Positions 46,901 through 62,565 of a stretch of DNA of 64,000 bases are shown here, in pieces. Origin of the DNA: Chrysomallon squamiferum. Taxonomy: Eukaryota; Animalia; Mollusca. The translations under genes were made by a program, and so were the position numbers. The stretch is taken from NCBI GenBank assembly GCA_012295275.1, contig CM022673.1, positions 8,804,001 to 8,868,000 on the forward strand, given 5' to 3'. Below the pieces are notes generated by a model. The model had not been told where the DNA came from. It did no database searches and saw only the letters and a list, made by a program, of their open reading frames with translations. Within the stretch, counting starts at the first letter, position 1, and every line of letters starts with the position of its first letter.

Positions 46901-49900
46901 GTTCATACAATATGAACCTTAGCCCATCAATTCAAGGTAGTTTTTTAGAAAAATATATCAATATATAAAATAAGATATATAATTCATTTATAAGCTTTAT
47001 TAATTAATTAGTTATTTTGTGTTAGTGTACTAAGTATGTTAAATATATGTAGTACTGATTTTTAATCTTTATTTATTAATTTAGATATTGTAGAAAGTGG
47101 TATAATTAATTTTGATGTATTAGTATGACAAATAGTATATTCATTTATAATATATGTAAAATTAAAACAGTTGACTTCATTTATGTATTTGTCAAGATGG
47201 AAGATTTCAGCAAAAACTACTCGAATATTCGCAGAACATAATCAGTTTGTACTGAAGTTTTAATAGCATTCTCTGTACAGTACAACCACACACAAAACAA
47301 AACTATCTTAAGTCACAAACATTCCACATAAAAAAAAACACTATAACTAAATTAGTAATTAATACACATATAAAAATTATTTCTGCCAGAAATATTACAG
47401 TTATCAGTAAAAATCATCAGTTCAAAATATCATTATCCAAAGAAGTTAGTAATGGTTGACTGTTCGTATCATTTCTTAAAGAAATCGTCTTTGATTACAC
47501 TGTCAGCAATTTCACTTTGCCAAACACTATTGTTCTTCTATAGAAATCACTGATGCGTGCTAATCCCTAATACAGTAGGCGATTATGGTACAGTCTAATT
47601 CAATAAATAACATCAATCACTTCGTCGTTCATTTTATTGCATGTAGCAATAATTAGCAAAAATTGGTACTGCCGGTAGTGTATGGTGTACATATATATAC
47701 TTTTGTTTAACACTACTCACTTGCATAAACATGAATGTGTATGTGCTATCATGATACAACTGTAGTTCAGGTTACTCATTTCAACAGTTTTCATGTGAAT
47801 TGTGATCGAGAAATAAGATTAGATCAGGCGATTATAATGTGATCATAACTGCACTGTGTACCCGTATTTAGCGGAGCAGACGATAACTTCCCACACAGGA
47901 TAATGTTACTGTTTATATGTTAGGCTTCTGGCAAAGTGGGGGTAAACCGATGTGGCATATACTAGTTTACAAGCAAAATAAACACAATCGGTGAATTTTA
48001 TCAGTTAACTACAAAAGTTCTTTAACGTTCGTCTACAATTACATATTATGTAACAATACTGTAAAAACAGATGATGGAGGTGGGCACATTTCATTCCACT
48101 TAGTCAGTGACCCATTGCTGTATATTTACCCAGGGAAACAGTAGCTTGTAGATGATTCCAGCTTGACTGGAGTTTTCAAAGGCTAATTTCTATTAAATCA
48201 TTAGTCTAGGACTGTAAATGACTGAGTAAAGAAAAATCTTCAGTGTTTGATTATTTGAAGATCGTCATTACTAATTATTAGTGAGGACCAGACTTTCAGC
48301 TTGGCAGATAAAGGTTACTGAGAAATCACTGCTCAAGTTGTCCAAATTTAAAATTCACTTCATCTGTAAATTTATCAATCTTTCTGTTAATATTTACTTA
48401 CATGTAGAATATTTCTTAATATTTCTTAGAATTGTTTTTAATATTTGTTGTTACTGTTCGGGTTTTTTTTGTTGGGGGTAGCTGTTTTTTTTATTATTTA
48501 TTTGTTTGTTTATTTATTTATTTATTTGTCTCTTTTACAGAAAATTATAATTAATGATACTTAATGTAGAATTTTGATAGCAAAACAAGCCACAAAAGCA
48601 TTCCAGAGGATATTTAGATTTTGTGTCCTGCAAAATTTACTTTAAGATTTATAAATTATTTGACTGATTCTTAATAATTCTTAATACAGTTTTGAAAATG
48701 GGTTGTCAACCTTTTGATATATACAGTAGCTAATTTTATTATAAGTTTTGAAAATTATTATTCTTTAATTTCTTTCTTTCTTATCTTATTTACATTTACA
48801 TAACAGCTGGAAACCCAAAACAGAAAACTGGAAAAAAACTGTGCGACATTAGTGACGAAATAATCACAAAACAAGACAGTGACTATGTTGATGGCATTGC
48901 TGAAAACAGTCAGGCACGTAGACGTACAAAACCACAAAAAACTGCAGAGAAAACTGTGCTTGTTTTACAACCAAAGGAACAGGAATTGTCGAAGCAAGTC
49001 AAAAACAATGTATCAAAAAAAAACCCCAGTTCAGAAGTAAAAGTGAATGAAGACTTGTGGACACAGAATCAACAGCAGATTTTTGAACGTGTTTTAAGAC
49101 AGTATCCCAAAGGAACTGATAAGAGGTGGGAGAAAATAGCAGAACACATACCAGGGAAAACGAAGGTAATTAGCTATCAAAGGCTTAAATGTACTCTAGA
49201 TTATCTGTATTTAAGATAAACAGAGAAAAATAGTTTAGGAATCATGTTTAGTTTGTAAAGAGTTATCTGTAAAATACATTTTATGTTCACTTACAAAAGA
49301 TAGAGGAAAATAGAAAAATACACTATGGAAAAACAAAGGTAATTAGTTATGAAATGGATAAATTTATATAAGAGTATCTTTACTTAAGATGAATAGAGCA
49401 AACTTTTTCAGGAAATGCATATAGTGTGGAAAGAGCTAACCATAAAATGTGGGTGAACAGAATATTTCATAAAATAATAAAGTTTTATGGTGTTTAAATG
49501 GTAAAAACATAAAACACATTTGAAAGAAACTGATAACAAATGGGAGAAAATAGCTGACGGTTCCAGAAAAAAAATCACAAATGAACAAACAGATTGTGAG
49601 AAAGAGCAGGAAAAAAAAAGAAAAAAAGATTATATATACTTTTCTTAAAGAAAATGTTTTGTTTATAACTAAACCAATTATTGGTAGAAGAGGTTTCTTG
49701 GAGGAAAAAGCTAAAGAAAATTATAATGTTTTAATGTACTGTTATGGAAAAATAGAAGTAAATTCAATAATAAGAGTTTATATAAATTATAAGGAAAAAC
49801 AAGGCTAATTATTGGCTTGAAATAGCTTTTGAAAAGAAGAACTTTTGAAAAGTAGAAATTAATGAATGAAATAATGATTATTTATTGATACATAAGTCCA

Positions 49901-50528
49901 ATAGTTATATTTTTATTATTTTATTATTATGAATAATTTTAAAATTAATGATTGATTATTGTTCTTGTTGTTGTTTTTATGATTTTTTTTTTTATTATTA
50001 TTATTTAGACAGTGATTAAATAAAACACACACTCAGCACTCTTTATTTTTGTTACTTTTTTGCATCAAACTTGTTTGAAAAATTATGATGATGCTTGATT
50101 ATTGTTGTTTGTACCGGATTGAAAAAACAAACAGATATTTGCATTATGCATACTGTAAATCTGTTGTAAAAATCATTGATATAATTATGTATATTCTATA
50201 ATCTATTCCAGTTTTTATTAATTCATGTCACTGAGGCTCTAGTTATTTAGTACTAACAGAATTTTCAAATGCTTTTTTATGAAAAAAAATATTTATATGT
50301 CTATCATTTATTTATACATATGATAGATATTGCCAATAGCTTTATTTGTATTTATTGTAGTTTGTATATATTACATATAGATATACATGTGTTTTTTAAG
50401 ATTATGCAAATCAATGAATAAATAATAGAAATATTTGTATTTATTTTTAGGATGAGTGCATGGCCAGGTTCAAGTATTTGGTTGATCTTGTCAAGAAGAA
50501 GAAAGAAGCAGAAGGAAAAGATTCCTGA
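41339..50528 (+). CDS. DNAJC1: DnaJ homolog subfamily C member 1 (ERdj1/MTJ1), ER-membrane J-domain co-chaperone with two SANT domains, 10 exons, about 500 aa
   Basis: Exons: 41339-41488, 42652-42753, 43366-43412, 44073-44244, 44395-44665, 45746-45885, 46331-46450, 46873-46936, 48807-49165, 50451-50528 (1503 nt, open). Signal peptide, then [23 protein letters not shown], a J-domain with [22 protein letters not shown] plus a TM helix, SANT1 ([28 protein letters not shown]) and SANT2 ([44 protein letters not shown]). Confidence 0.93.
43170..43250. repeat. Tandem duplication of about 39 bp in DNAJC1 intron 2
   Basis: TGTTCCTTTAAATCA(T)AATCAGAAAGGATTGTTTCAAAC occurs twice. Confidence 0.9.
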
Positions 50529-50723
50529 AGATAATTTTCAAAGAGATCTTTAGTGACACCTGGTGATGGAAATATTAACAAATAATATTCATTTAAAATA
50601 TCTTATCAATACATTTCTGTGGCTGAAAAGCTTCATCTATGCTCAGTCATTCATTGCTAGTGGTGACTGGGTTAAGGATTACAGAATTTTCAATTTTTCT
50701 TTTTTACTGTAATAGGTTTAATA

Positions 50724-50765
<42 letters not shown>

Positions 50766-53459
50766 CAGAAATATATGCATACTTGTGCAGACACTCATAC
50801 ACACACTTTAATATTCTGCTTCATGAAAATTTCATGTATTTTATTTTTATTAAGTACAGTTTTTACTGTTTAAACCCATTAAATGACACTCTTTTCAGTG
50901 GTGATTATTTTAAAACTTAATTTATTTTAAAATAAAACAGTGATTATTAAACATATCCACTAGCTTATGATAACAGTTGTGAAAGACTCAAATGCAACAT
51001 TATCACCATCATTGTCATCATCATCATCATCATCATCATCATTATTTCAACTAGATATGATGGTTATAAATATAACTATTGAAAAGTCCTGCATGATAAG
51101 ATAAAAAGAAAAAAACACTGTTCCCTGAATTCAAAATAATTTTTATATGTTTCCTAAATCAGTATTGTTACATATTTTGTAAATACTGTTTTTTTTTTTA
51201 AAACATTATCATTACAAACTTTCTAAATGAATATTACACACTTTATAAATATTATTGCAAAATTTCTGAGTTAGTAATAACAACACACTCTGTAATCATT
51301 ATTATGGTACATTTTATTTTGTAGGTTTTGGTAGACAGTATCAGTTTATTCACAAATGATCATATATGCAATGTTTTATATATATATATATATATTATTT
51401 ATTGTCACTTTCTCTGTAATTGTTATGGCAGTGAGAAAAATGCTGGATTTTGCTCTGTATGTAATTATATATTTTACACAGTGGATTATTTTCAATTATA
51501 TTGTCTCACTTTTGTTCAATGTATCCCGGTTTGCGATGCAAAATGACCATTTTGTTTCCCTAGTTAATAGTATTTAATATGGCAAATGATATCCATACAT
51601 TTGAATTTGTGAAATTCATTCCACCATTTATATTTCCCATCAATTATAATAATTAATCTTTTAATGAATTATGAAAATAATTAAGTTTATTATATGCAGT
51701 TCAAATGTGGTTTTGTCAAAACAGAATATATTTACACTACGACTTGAAATTCCTTCTGTTTTGGATGAGTATTACATTAATAATTAGCCACTTAATAAAA
51801 TTATAATAATAATAATAATTTAGATGTGACTGAAATTAAAACGTTATTTTTTAAAGTCAAACATTTAAACTCGACTGATTTGAAAATTCCTTCCACCATT
51901 GATACATATTATGTTAATAAAATTATGTATTTAATAATGTTTATTATATTATTCAAAATAAAAATGTAATTTTATTTATTGCAGTCTATTTATCTTGGCT
52001 GATATAGATATAGGGAAACAGTATGTTAGGTCCCCAGTACTCTATTGAAATACCATATAATATATCACCAAATGATTGACAAATGTAATTTGTGTTCAGA
52101 TCTTAAGTCAGAAATTTGTAACTTTATATTTATTTTTTATTGTTTTGTTATACACTGCCAGGTTTATTTTCTTAACATTTGATTAATTAAAAACCCAAAT
52201 AACAAATCAATTAATGGTATTTATTGATTTATATATTATTATTGACTACTGATTATTCTTATTCTTATTTAGAATTTTATTTATTTTGTTGATTATTTAT
52301 TATTATTGTTGTTGTTAATACTGTTGTAGTTTTATTCTTTTTCAAAGCTAAATTTAAAAACAATATATGCCACTTGTCTTGCTTATACAATTTTTATTAT
52401 ATTTTTTTTAGATCCAGAAATGTAACAAAATTTATAAAATTGAGTAAATATTCCTTTTTTCACATTATACTTTTTAAAAATTTTAGAATTTTTCTACACC
52501 AAATTCTAATTGTCACCACTAGCAAATAACAACTCTGTAGCTTTCTAGAATTATTCTTAAGGTTTTTTCATACAGTACAACTTGTAATAACCCATGCACA
52601 CTTTATCTGCAACTAGTCATACTAAAATGGTGAACTGGTATTTGTATTTGATGTAACTCATGAAAACTTACAATGATTTTATTTTACTGTGTTATAATAT
52701 GTGTTTATATGAAAATAAAAAGGTTCAAATCACTTTCAGAACTTACTCATATCTGGTAATATTGCTGTGATATAAAAATTTCAGAAAATGATTGCAGTAC
52801 ATGTTTAGAAATCTGATTTTGTGTGTGTGTGTGTGCTTTTTTCATTTTATGCTTTGGTGCATGATTAAGTGTGTATGGAGAACCGTAATTTGAATAAAAG
52901 TATTGGTTTTTATTATACCAAATTTTAGTTTGATGTTTTTGTTATTATATATAAAATTATCATAGTATTATATGTATTTATTGTTGCTGTCATTGTTTAA
53001 TGAGGAAAGAAATATTTAATTTTAATAAATATATAAAATTGCTAATTCACCTTTGGTTTTAAGTTCACACAGGTGAAAACTTGGAAAAGAATGTCTGTCT
53101 CTCTCTCTCTTTCCCTTTTTTTGCTTCAAAATCAAAACTTTTCTAATGTGTTCAAGAGATAGGCTGGAATAAATCACATTATTTTTATTATTGTTTTATA
53201 ATTTAGTTTTCCATATGTCAAAATAATTAAAATATTGTTATTATTATTTTTATTATTTTCTGGGATTGGATCCTATTTATTTTGTTCAAACTGTTCTGTG
53301 TTAACATCAAAAATAAATTAATGTGTCGAGATCAATACTTGTTTATTACTTTATTGTCTTTGGAACTGATTGAATAATGAGAACACATTTTGTATAAAAC
53401 CATTTTAAATTTAATATCTATTTTACATATAGTGTTTAAGACTTCAGATAATACACAGT

Positions 53460-53549
<90 letters not shown>

Positions 53550-54607
53550 GTATTACATATAATAATATTTGTGAGTCTGCACACACACACACACATACAC
53601 ACACACAGTCATACACGTTTGTATGTATGTATGTATGTATGTATGTATGTATGTATGTATGTATGTATGTATGGATTATGGTGTGTTGATAGACAGAAAT
53701 AACATTGTATTTAAGAAAATGACCTCTCAGTTGAAATGTTTTAAATAATAAAAAATCTGGTGCTCAGTTGCTATGGGTTGTTCACAAACACGCCAAACAA
53801 CTTACACAATTACGGAATTAGAAGTTTGCTTTTAAGTGACTACAAATGATTAATGGATATGTTAAATTGATTACATGTGTTTGTGATAAAGTGATAGCAT
53901 AAATCATTAATCTTTCACGGTGGATGCACTTAGGTTCCCAGCTGTAATGTCAATAAGTACAGAATGTTATTATTTTAATCTTATTTATTTATTTATTTAT
54001 TTAATTATTATTTTTTTATTAACTTACTTGATTATTATTATTATTTTTTTTTATGTCATTTCATTTTTTTTTTTTTTTTAAATTATTTTTTTTCATTATA
54101 TTCTATTTCATTGATTTATTAAATTATTTATTCATTTTTTTTTTTATATATACTTTGTTTTATTTCATTTAAATATTTGTTTACCTTTACGTTATTTTAT
54201 TTTATTTATTTATTTTTTATTTATTTATTTTGTTTTATTTTATTTTAATTATTGTTCTTTCTGCTCATTCGTCTATTACTGTATCTTCAGCAGTTATTTT
54301 AATTTTACATTCTGTAGTATTGTCGTTTCTTTAAACGTCGCTGTTAGTTATTTGTATTTTAAAATTATTCATGTCGTGTCGGTGAACTTAATCGAATTCT
54401 GTTTCTGTTTCCATGTTTCATGAGTAAAATGAAATAAAACAGACGTATTTTAATGAGTCTCTCGTTAACTTGTTTTTTCAAATAATTCGCAACAGCACAG
54501 AAATATAAATTTAATTTTTCGTTTTATTAGATTCACACGCAGAGACAGACAATCAGAAATATGGATAACTCTGTTATTTCTATAATACTGTCCAAATTAT
54601 CTTAAAA

Positions 54608-54666
<59 letters not shown>

Positions 54667-54689
54667 TCATCATCTTTATTATAATAATT

Positions 54690-54737
<48 letters not shown>

Positions 54738-55327
54738 ATTATTATTTAATTAATTAATTTTTTTTTATTTGACTACAGAATATACAGTTAATACATGCTT
54801 ATAACAAAATATAAATTTAAATTAATGTGTTAAAATGCAGAAGTCTCCAAATCATCAGTAGAAGAAAAAAACAAACAAAAAAACAACAACAAATAAATAA
54901 AACGATCTTAAATATGTTCTACATGTTCCTCATAATAATATTTTTATTATTATTATTGTGTTGTTCTTGTTTTTAATAATATAATAATTATTATTACTAT
55001 TTTTAATTTGGGATTATTCTTCTTATTTTATTGTTATGATTATTAGCAAAGGCAGAAGGTGTTAAAACAATAATAATAGCACTAGTAGTAGCTGCAGTAG
55101 CTGTAGTATGAAGAGTAGTAGTAGTGGAGCAGCAGTAGTAATATTAGTTGTAGTAGTGACAGTGGTAGTAGTAGCAATAGTGGAAATATCAGTAATTAAC
55201 TTCAAATGCTATTTAAATACCCCAAAACTTTAGAAAGTAAACATGATTTTTTATTTATTTTTTTTTATTTTTCTCATCATAATCATCATCATCATCATTA
55301 TTATTATTATTATCATTATAATTACCA

Positions 55328-55394
<67 letters not shown>

Positions 55395-56366
55395 TTTATT
55401 TTTTAAAACTGTTTAATCTTAGTTTTCGTCAGTTCATAATTAGTGAAATTATCTTTTGAACATTTTTATTTTAATTTCATTGTTTATTTACGATTTACTT
55501 ATTCGAAAAACAAAATGCATTAAGTTCACAAATCAGGAGATCAAAGAATTTAATCTTTTTATTGTTGACACATTCAAAAATTAAATCTTTTTGATGTTCC
55601 CCTTTTTCGTATTTATTTCTTTAATCATTTAGGTTTGAGAATTTGTATTTCAAGTATATATATATATATTTTGTTGTTGTTGTTGTGGGTTTTTTAAGGC
55701 CTATATTTGGCTATATATCTCTATTGGTAGTAAGCGCTAATAAAAACATCATCATAAGTGTCATCAACAACAACAACAACAAGACCAACAACAACAATAA
55801 TAATAATAACAACAACAATATGATAGATAGATAGATAGATAGATAGACAGAGAGAGACATAAAATCAAGAAGAACAACAGCAACAACAACAACAACAACA
55901 AAAAAAAAAAAAAAAAAGGAAGAAAAACTGGGGTTAAAAAAATAAAAGTAAATAGTATTTTCTTTGAAGCAATATCCAGGAAATCCTAACTGACTGCTTG
56001 ATCTGGTATAGCATTTTCAAATAACAAATTGATAGAGCTTATTATAAAAACGTAATGAGGGAAAATATGCAAAGAAGAAGAAAAATTAATGAGTGCAGTG
56101 ATTCCATTTCCTTCGATAATTGTGCCAGTGCGTTGCTTTTCTTTAAAAATTCTCTTTCATCTTTTCTTTATTCCTTTCTTCTATTCTGTGAGACTATCTG
56201 TCTATCTTCCCGTCTTCCTGTCTGTCTGTTTATATATTCTCTCTCTCTTTCCCTCTCCATCCGTCTATCTCTCTGTCTGACTATCTATCTATCCATATAA
56301 TCTATCTGTGTGCATAGATATGTATATTCTTGTGTTATATAAATGTATATACGCACACACACACAC

Positions 56367-56444
<78 letters not shown>

Positions 56445-57200
56445 ATTTGTGTGTGTTTTTCTCTATCTCTATGTCTACGATGTATATTACTAGTATATCC
56501 GTCTGTCTGCTTGTCTCTCAAATTTTCGTCTACTTCCATTCTTCGGTGCTGTGCTGTTAATATTGTCTGTCTCTCTTTTCATCATTTATACTGCTGGCCC
56601 CATCGGTCACAAAGTTCTTCCTTCCTTCCTTTGTTACCTTCGTCAGTAATTAAGCCATGTTCTGGACGATGATGAAAAGGACAAAAATGAAGGCAGAAAT
56701 CGCAGAACGGTTCTTCGTGCCGAGAGCGCCAGGCAGGAGCCTTATTCATTTTCATCAACAGACAAGCAAATCCATTAGGAAACGTTTAATTGTTTCGATG
56801 GAAAACGAATAGCCGGAGGGAAAGACTTTTTTTTTTTCCGAGCTGAAGCTTTATGCAGTGAAGCGAAACAAAGGGTTCGTAGCTGGATCCGTTCAAAGGA
56901 GAATGAGTTTCGTTGAGTGAAATTTGAATAATTTGATTTTTTTTTTATAAGTGACATTAAAGCTATCAAATTTTTTATTTTATTTTTTTTTATTTTTATT
57001 ATGTATGGGTATGTATGTACCAAGTTGTACACTTATTGAACTTTATATATATATATATATTTAAATGTGTGTGTATACATATACAATTCCTATATATGTA
57101 TGTGTGTGTGCATGTGTATGCTTGTATGTATGTATGTAAGTATATCTATATGTATGTATATATATTTATATCTATATCTATATATCTATCTATCTATCTA

Positions 57201-57239
<39 letters not shown>

Positions 57240-57244
57240 ATATC

Positions 57245-57281
<37 letters not shown>

Positions 57282-57698
57282 ATTCATCAACTTGGTAATG
57301 GGACAATATAATCTCCTAGACTTGAAATCTAGCATCTCTATCTATCACACTCTGCAGATTTTATTTTTGTATTTTCCACGTTATTTTAGCTTAATTCGAT
57401 ATTCATAAGTCTACGCTAAGCTCACAGATGTACTTTGTTATTTGTCCTGAAAGGGTGAACGGTACTTGGTCAATTCTGTCAAATATAATAACCATCGAAA
57501 ATGTTCCCTGTGGTGGAATGTTTGCAGATTTGCACTTACACAGTTAAGTGATATTTATCATGGAAAGTTTTATGTTGTTTGTGTACACTGTAGAATTTAT
57601 GTATTCAGAATTTTGAACGTTGTATTGGTAAGTGTTATATATTCACAATTAGCGTTTGGTGAATATTAACTGTGTTAACGACTGCAGATTTTTATATA

Positions 57699-57804
<106 letters not shown>

Positions 57805-57888
57805 AGAGATAAACAAAATGAGAGAAAAAGAATGATAGAGTCTATTTTTCTCTTTGTATTTCTTTCTCTGTATATCTATCTGTATCAT

Positions 57889-57963
<75 letters not shown>

Positions 57964-58674
57964 ATCACTCTTTTTATATCTATTTAACTCTTTCTTATTC
58001 TATTTTTCTTTATATGTATATATGGGTATGTACATATGTGTGTATATGTGTGCATGTGTCTGTATGTGTATGTGTATTTGTGTATGTGTGTCTGCATGTA
58101 TGCATGTGTATATTTGTGTATGTGTTTTTCCCGAAGAATAAACAGAATTTCAAATCCATTTTATTGAGTCTGCAATTTAATATTTAAGCAAATCTTTATC
58201 AAAGACATTTTTCTTCACCTATTCAGTTTCTAATCATTTTCGCAGCTAAATGAATCCGGAAAAGTTTTAATTTTTATTATTATTATTATTATTATTTTTT
58301 TTTCATCTTGTATGAGTTCACATAGTTGGCAAAGGGATGGAGGCTATGTCGAAGTTAATTTAATTTTCAAAATGAATGTTGATTCAAGCAATAAAAAAGA
58401 AAATGTCCTTGTTTGTTTGGATGATTAAGTAACTACAAGTTTTATTGGATATATATATGAAAACTCAATAATTTTCCGTTCCTTCTCTTGATGAATATGA
58501 TATGTTCCATACACAGCCATAATCTCATCCCAAGCAATATTAATGATCCAAAAATATCTAACTAAATCCTTTCCTTTTAGTAATTAAATTTTGCCATTTT
58601 TGTCCGTACGTCCACAGTATATGCAGCATGGTATATTTTTTAATATAAAAGGTTTAGTAATTTGTATCAGCTAA

Positions 58675-59240
58675 GTAGATGACGTCATTTCTATTACATT
58701 TCCATGTTCTAATGTACAAGTCCAGTAATATATATCAGATAGATTTCATAACAATTATAACGTCACATATGTTCTAATGTAAAAATAAAAAAATGTATTT
58801 AGATGTTTTATGTTGATGTCATAATAATGATGACGTAATATCTACTATATTTCCATAATCTAATACAAAAGGAAAATAATGTATTGAGATATGTAGATTA
58901 TATAAAAATAGTGACGCCATAACTAGTACAAGTATGGGATCTAATGTAAAACGTAAATAATGTTATCAAATATGTTGATTTCGCAATGCTGATGACGTCA
59001 TTTATATTATACTTCCACGTTCTTATGTAAACGTTCGATAATATATATCAGATAATAGACAGAAAATGTCATTTGTACATTACCAGGATATATTACAGAA
59101 TGTCAGCTATATAAGTAAGATATTTAATAAATTTTATAAAAGTGTAAAAATACATTACCGTGTTCTAATACAAAGAACTAAAGAAAATGCATATTAAATA
59201 ATGAGATCATCTCATAACTATTACATTTCCATATTCTGAT
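58675..59240. repeat. Degenerate tandem repeat (about 75-85 bp period)
   Basis: Recurring (GA)TGACGTCAT...TATTACATTTCCATGTTCTAATGTA-like units near 58680, 58757, 58830, 58911, 58992, with decayed units to about 59240. Confidence 0.6.
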
Positions 59241-60974
59241 CGGCGGATTTCCTAACATTAACAGCGATCATATAAAAACATGCAGATTCAACAGTTTCTT
59301 GTAAAAATCTCTTGGATGCATTTTCAGCAATAAATCAGTCTAATTCCAAACAAGGTCAAAGTTTAATACGTTTCAGAAAACAAACTAGCTCGTCGCTCTG
59401 ATTTCCTGCAAGAACTGAGGCGCCATTTTACTTACCACCGGACATGCATTCTCCATTTAGTCTCTCGCGACGACGTACCCCAGGGTAAGCCTGGGATAGT
59501 TAAAACAAAAAGGATTCATGGAAAGAACCACCTCGGTGTCAGTGAATGTTTAAACAAGCACAGACCACAGCACTGAAGTGGCGTCTTCGTTGTGTCGTAA
59601 GAATTAGGATTACGTTAACATAAATACATTTGTTTTCTCCGTTGAGTTTGCTCGGTACGCGTGAACAGAAATGTTGTCGATGGTACACTAGGGACAATGC
59701 TGCATAGGACATATTTTAAGAGTCTTTGTTATTTTAAGAGTCGTTGGAACAGTGTTGCGAAAACCACTTAATAAACGTTTTAATACAAAGCACGATGTTA
59801 AATATATATATCCTTTCTTCCAAATATAAATACACACAAAAAGATATGTACATTCATGCTTACACACAAACCATGCTACATACATACATACATAAATAAG
59901 TTCATTCATATATATATATAGATACCTACATATATATATATAAACACATTCATAAACAAATGTACATATTATACCTCTATATATATTGGCACACATAATG
60001 ATGAATGTCAATAATTCAGAAAACAGGAACTACGAATAATGTAATAAAACAAACATATACATTCATACATATATAAACACACGTACATTTGGGCATATCT
60101 ATAATAATAAGCAATAAAACAAATGATGAATGGCAATGGTTCAGAAAACGGGAACTGCAAATAACGTAATGAAATATTAAACATGCTAATAAATAGAAAT
60201 TGCTGTAAAAGCAGTCTACAGAGCGCTCTGTCGGCGTACCCCAGACGGTCGTAATAGAGGATATTAGCAGATCCTGTCAGTGTAACCTCACAGCGTGTCC
60301 CTGAAGACGTCTTGTAACGAAATGAGACCGAAATACCAGCAGTGCTTCAACGTGAAGATTACTTGAATAACACATATCTTTCTATCTATCTGTCTATCAG
60401 GCTGTCTGTCATTTTTATCTAAGTAGATGTCTGTGTATGTATTTCTGTTTATCTTATGCCCATCCATATATCCATCCACTTACTCATCCATTCTTCTATC
60501 CATCTATCGATTTCTCGTTTTCTGTCTGTCTCTGTCTGCCTGTCTGTCTGTCTGTATATCTGTGTATCTATTTATCTGTCTGTCTATCTATCTGTCTATC
60601 GATCTATCTGTCTATCTATTTAATAATACCTGATTAAATTAATGTCGGGTCGGGCTATGGTCGAGATTATTAACACAATTACACTGAACACTTCGCTACA
60701 GTTAGGTTTTGTCCTTCGCAAATTGATGATATTACGGTTTTTGCTCCGCCTGACAAAGAACAGTAATGAACTAATGGTATTCTAACGATGATTTTTTACT
60801 CTGACATATCGTCTGCGAAAACAAAGATGTATAGACAAAGAAAGAAAACAGTGATAGACATTGGGAAATCAAATAACTGTGAGAAGATAGATATTTTTCT
60901 TCTTTTCTCATCTTCTTTTCTTCTACTTCTTCTTGTTTTATTATCAATATTCTAACTGCTGATACTATTACTAC

Positions 60975-61038
<64 letters not shown>

Positions 61039-61089
61039 TAACAATAACAACAACAACAACAACAATTATTATTATTATTATTATTACTA

Positions 61090-61219
61090 CAGGTACCGGA
61101 CCAATTTTCTTTATGATTTTAATTTTAAAACGTTTATGCCTAAATATTTACGTAGTTAGATGCCTTGGTCCAGAAAACCTGAAAATCCAGAAATCCGGGA
61201 TGCCTCAGTCCGGTACCTG
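61090..61219. mobile_element. Small MITE with 12-bp terminal inverted repeats and TA target-site duplication (Tc1/mariner-type ends)
   Basis: TA|CAGGTACCGGAC (61090-61101) ... GTCCGGTACCTG|TA (61208-61219). Perfect TIR, 130 bp, non-coding, sitting in a (TTA)n tract. Confidence 0.65.
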
Positions 61220-61391
61220 TATTATTATTTATTTATTTATTTATTTATTTTAAATACATTAATATTGAAAATGGCATACTCCCCTTCAGAAACCCTGAAT
61301 CCGCTGTTCATTGAAATAAAGATTGGTAGTAAATAGATTTAAACGATGATGGGTGAAGATACAAAAAAAATCTTGTAAGAGAATATGGCAG

Positions 61392-61478
<87 letters not shown>

Positions 61479-62565
61479 TAGCTAATGACTTAGAGACAAA
61501 ATGAAGTTGTACCAAACAAACATGTCAGTGTATCCGCCAGTTGAATTCTTTCTTGCAAGTTTCTGAAATCAATAAAAAAAAAAAAATGGTTTGCCAGGTT
61601 TTCGTAAAACTTTGATAGATTTTGAACATTACGTCGTCAAAAATAGTTGGCAACAAAATATAAAAAGAAGAGAAAAAAAAATAAATTAAAAGTAAAGAAA
61701 TACACAAACAAACAAACAGACTATTAGACAAACAAACAAACAAACAAATAAATAAAGGACCGAAAAGGCGTAACGACTGATGTCAAACCAGTGCACTTGA
61801 TTTTAAAATGTCTTGTTGTGAGTGCGCTTTTTTTTTTTTATAGGTGTTTTATTTATTCCGGTGCTTGCTATTAAGTTTCGATTCTTACATTTAAATAAGA
61901 AGCCAATTTCCAACGCTATCATCATCCGTAATGTCAACAGCGTCCTAAAAATACACAACTTCAAAGTTCTTCGTTAATAACTTACCCTTTCCGAGATTAG
62001 AATCGCAGCCATTTTGTTTCCGTTCGCCAGATAGCATGGCTGTAAAGCGCCTTCTGATTTAAAGTCACATGCAATGATTTTTGAGTGGAAAGACATTACC
62101 ACCGAAATAACGTGGCTCTAAACTGCCTAAAAAATAAGCAGTTTGGCAACATTACGATTTGAAAGAGATGATTAAAATGAATGAATTGTCATTATACATG
62201 GTAAAGATGCAAAACCCGAACGTACAGACTCGTAAAAACACAGACGAATTAGGCACGCATACATACATATTAAAAGTGATGAGTCTATGCATTTCTTTGT
62301 TTGCACACGAATTCGTTCAAGTGTATTTAAGTAGACATACACGTATAAATATACACGTACGTATACAAACAAAAAAAACCCTGAAATGTCATCATAAATG
62401 TTCAGTGAATGTGTGTATGTATATACATTATACAAACATAATTTATATACATTTTTACAAATGTTCTTACAAACAATATGCACACATACACATACAAGCA
62501 TACATACATACATACATACTTACATATATACATGCGCACTCAGTAAAATATCTACATACATGCAC

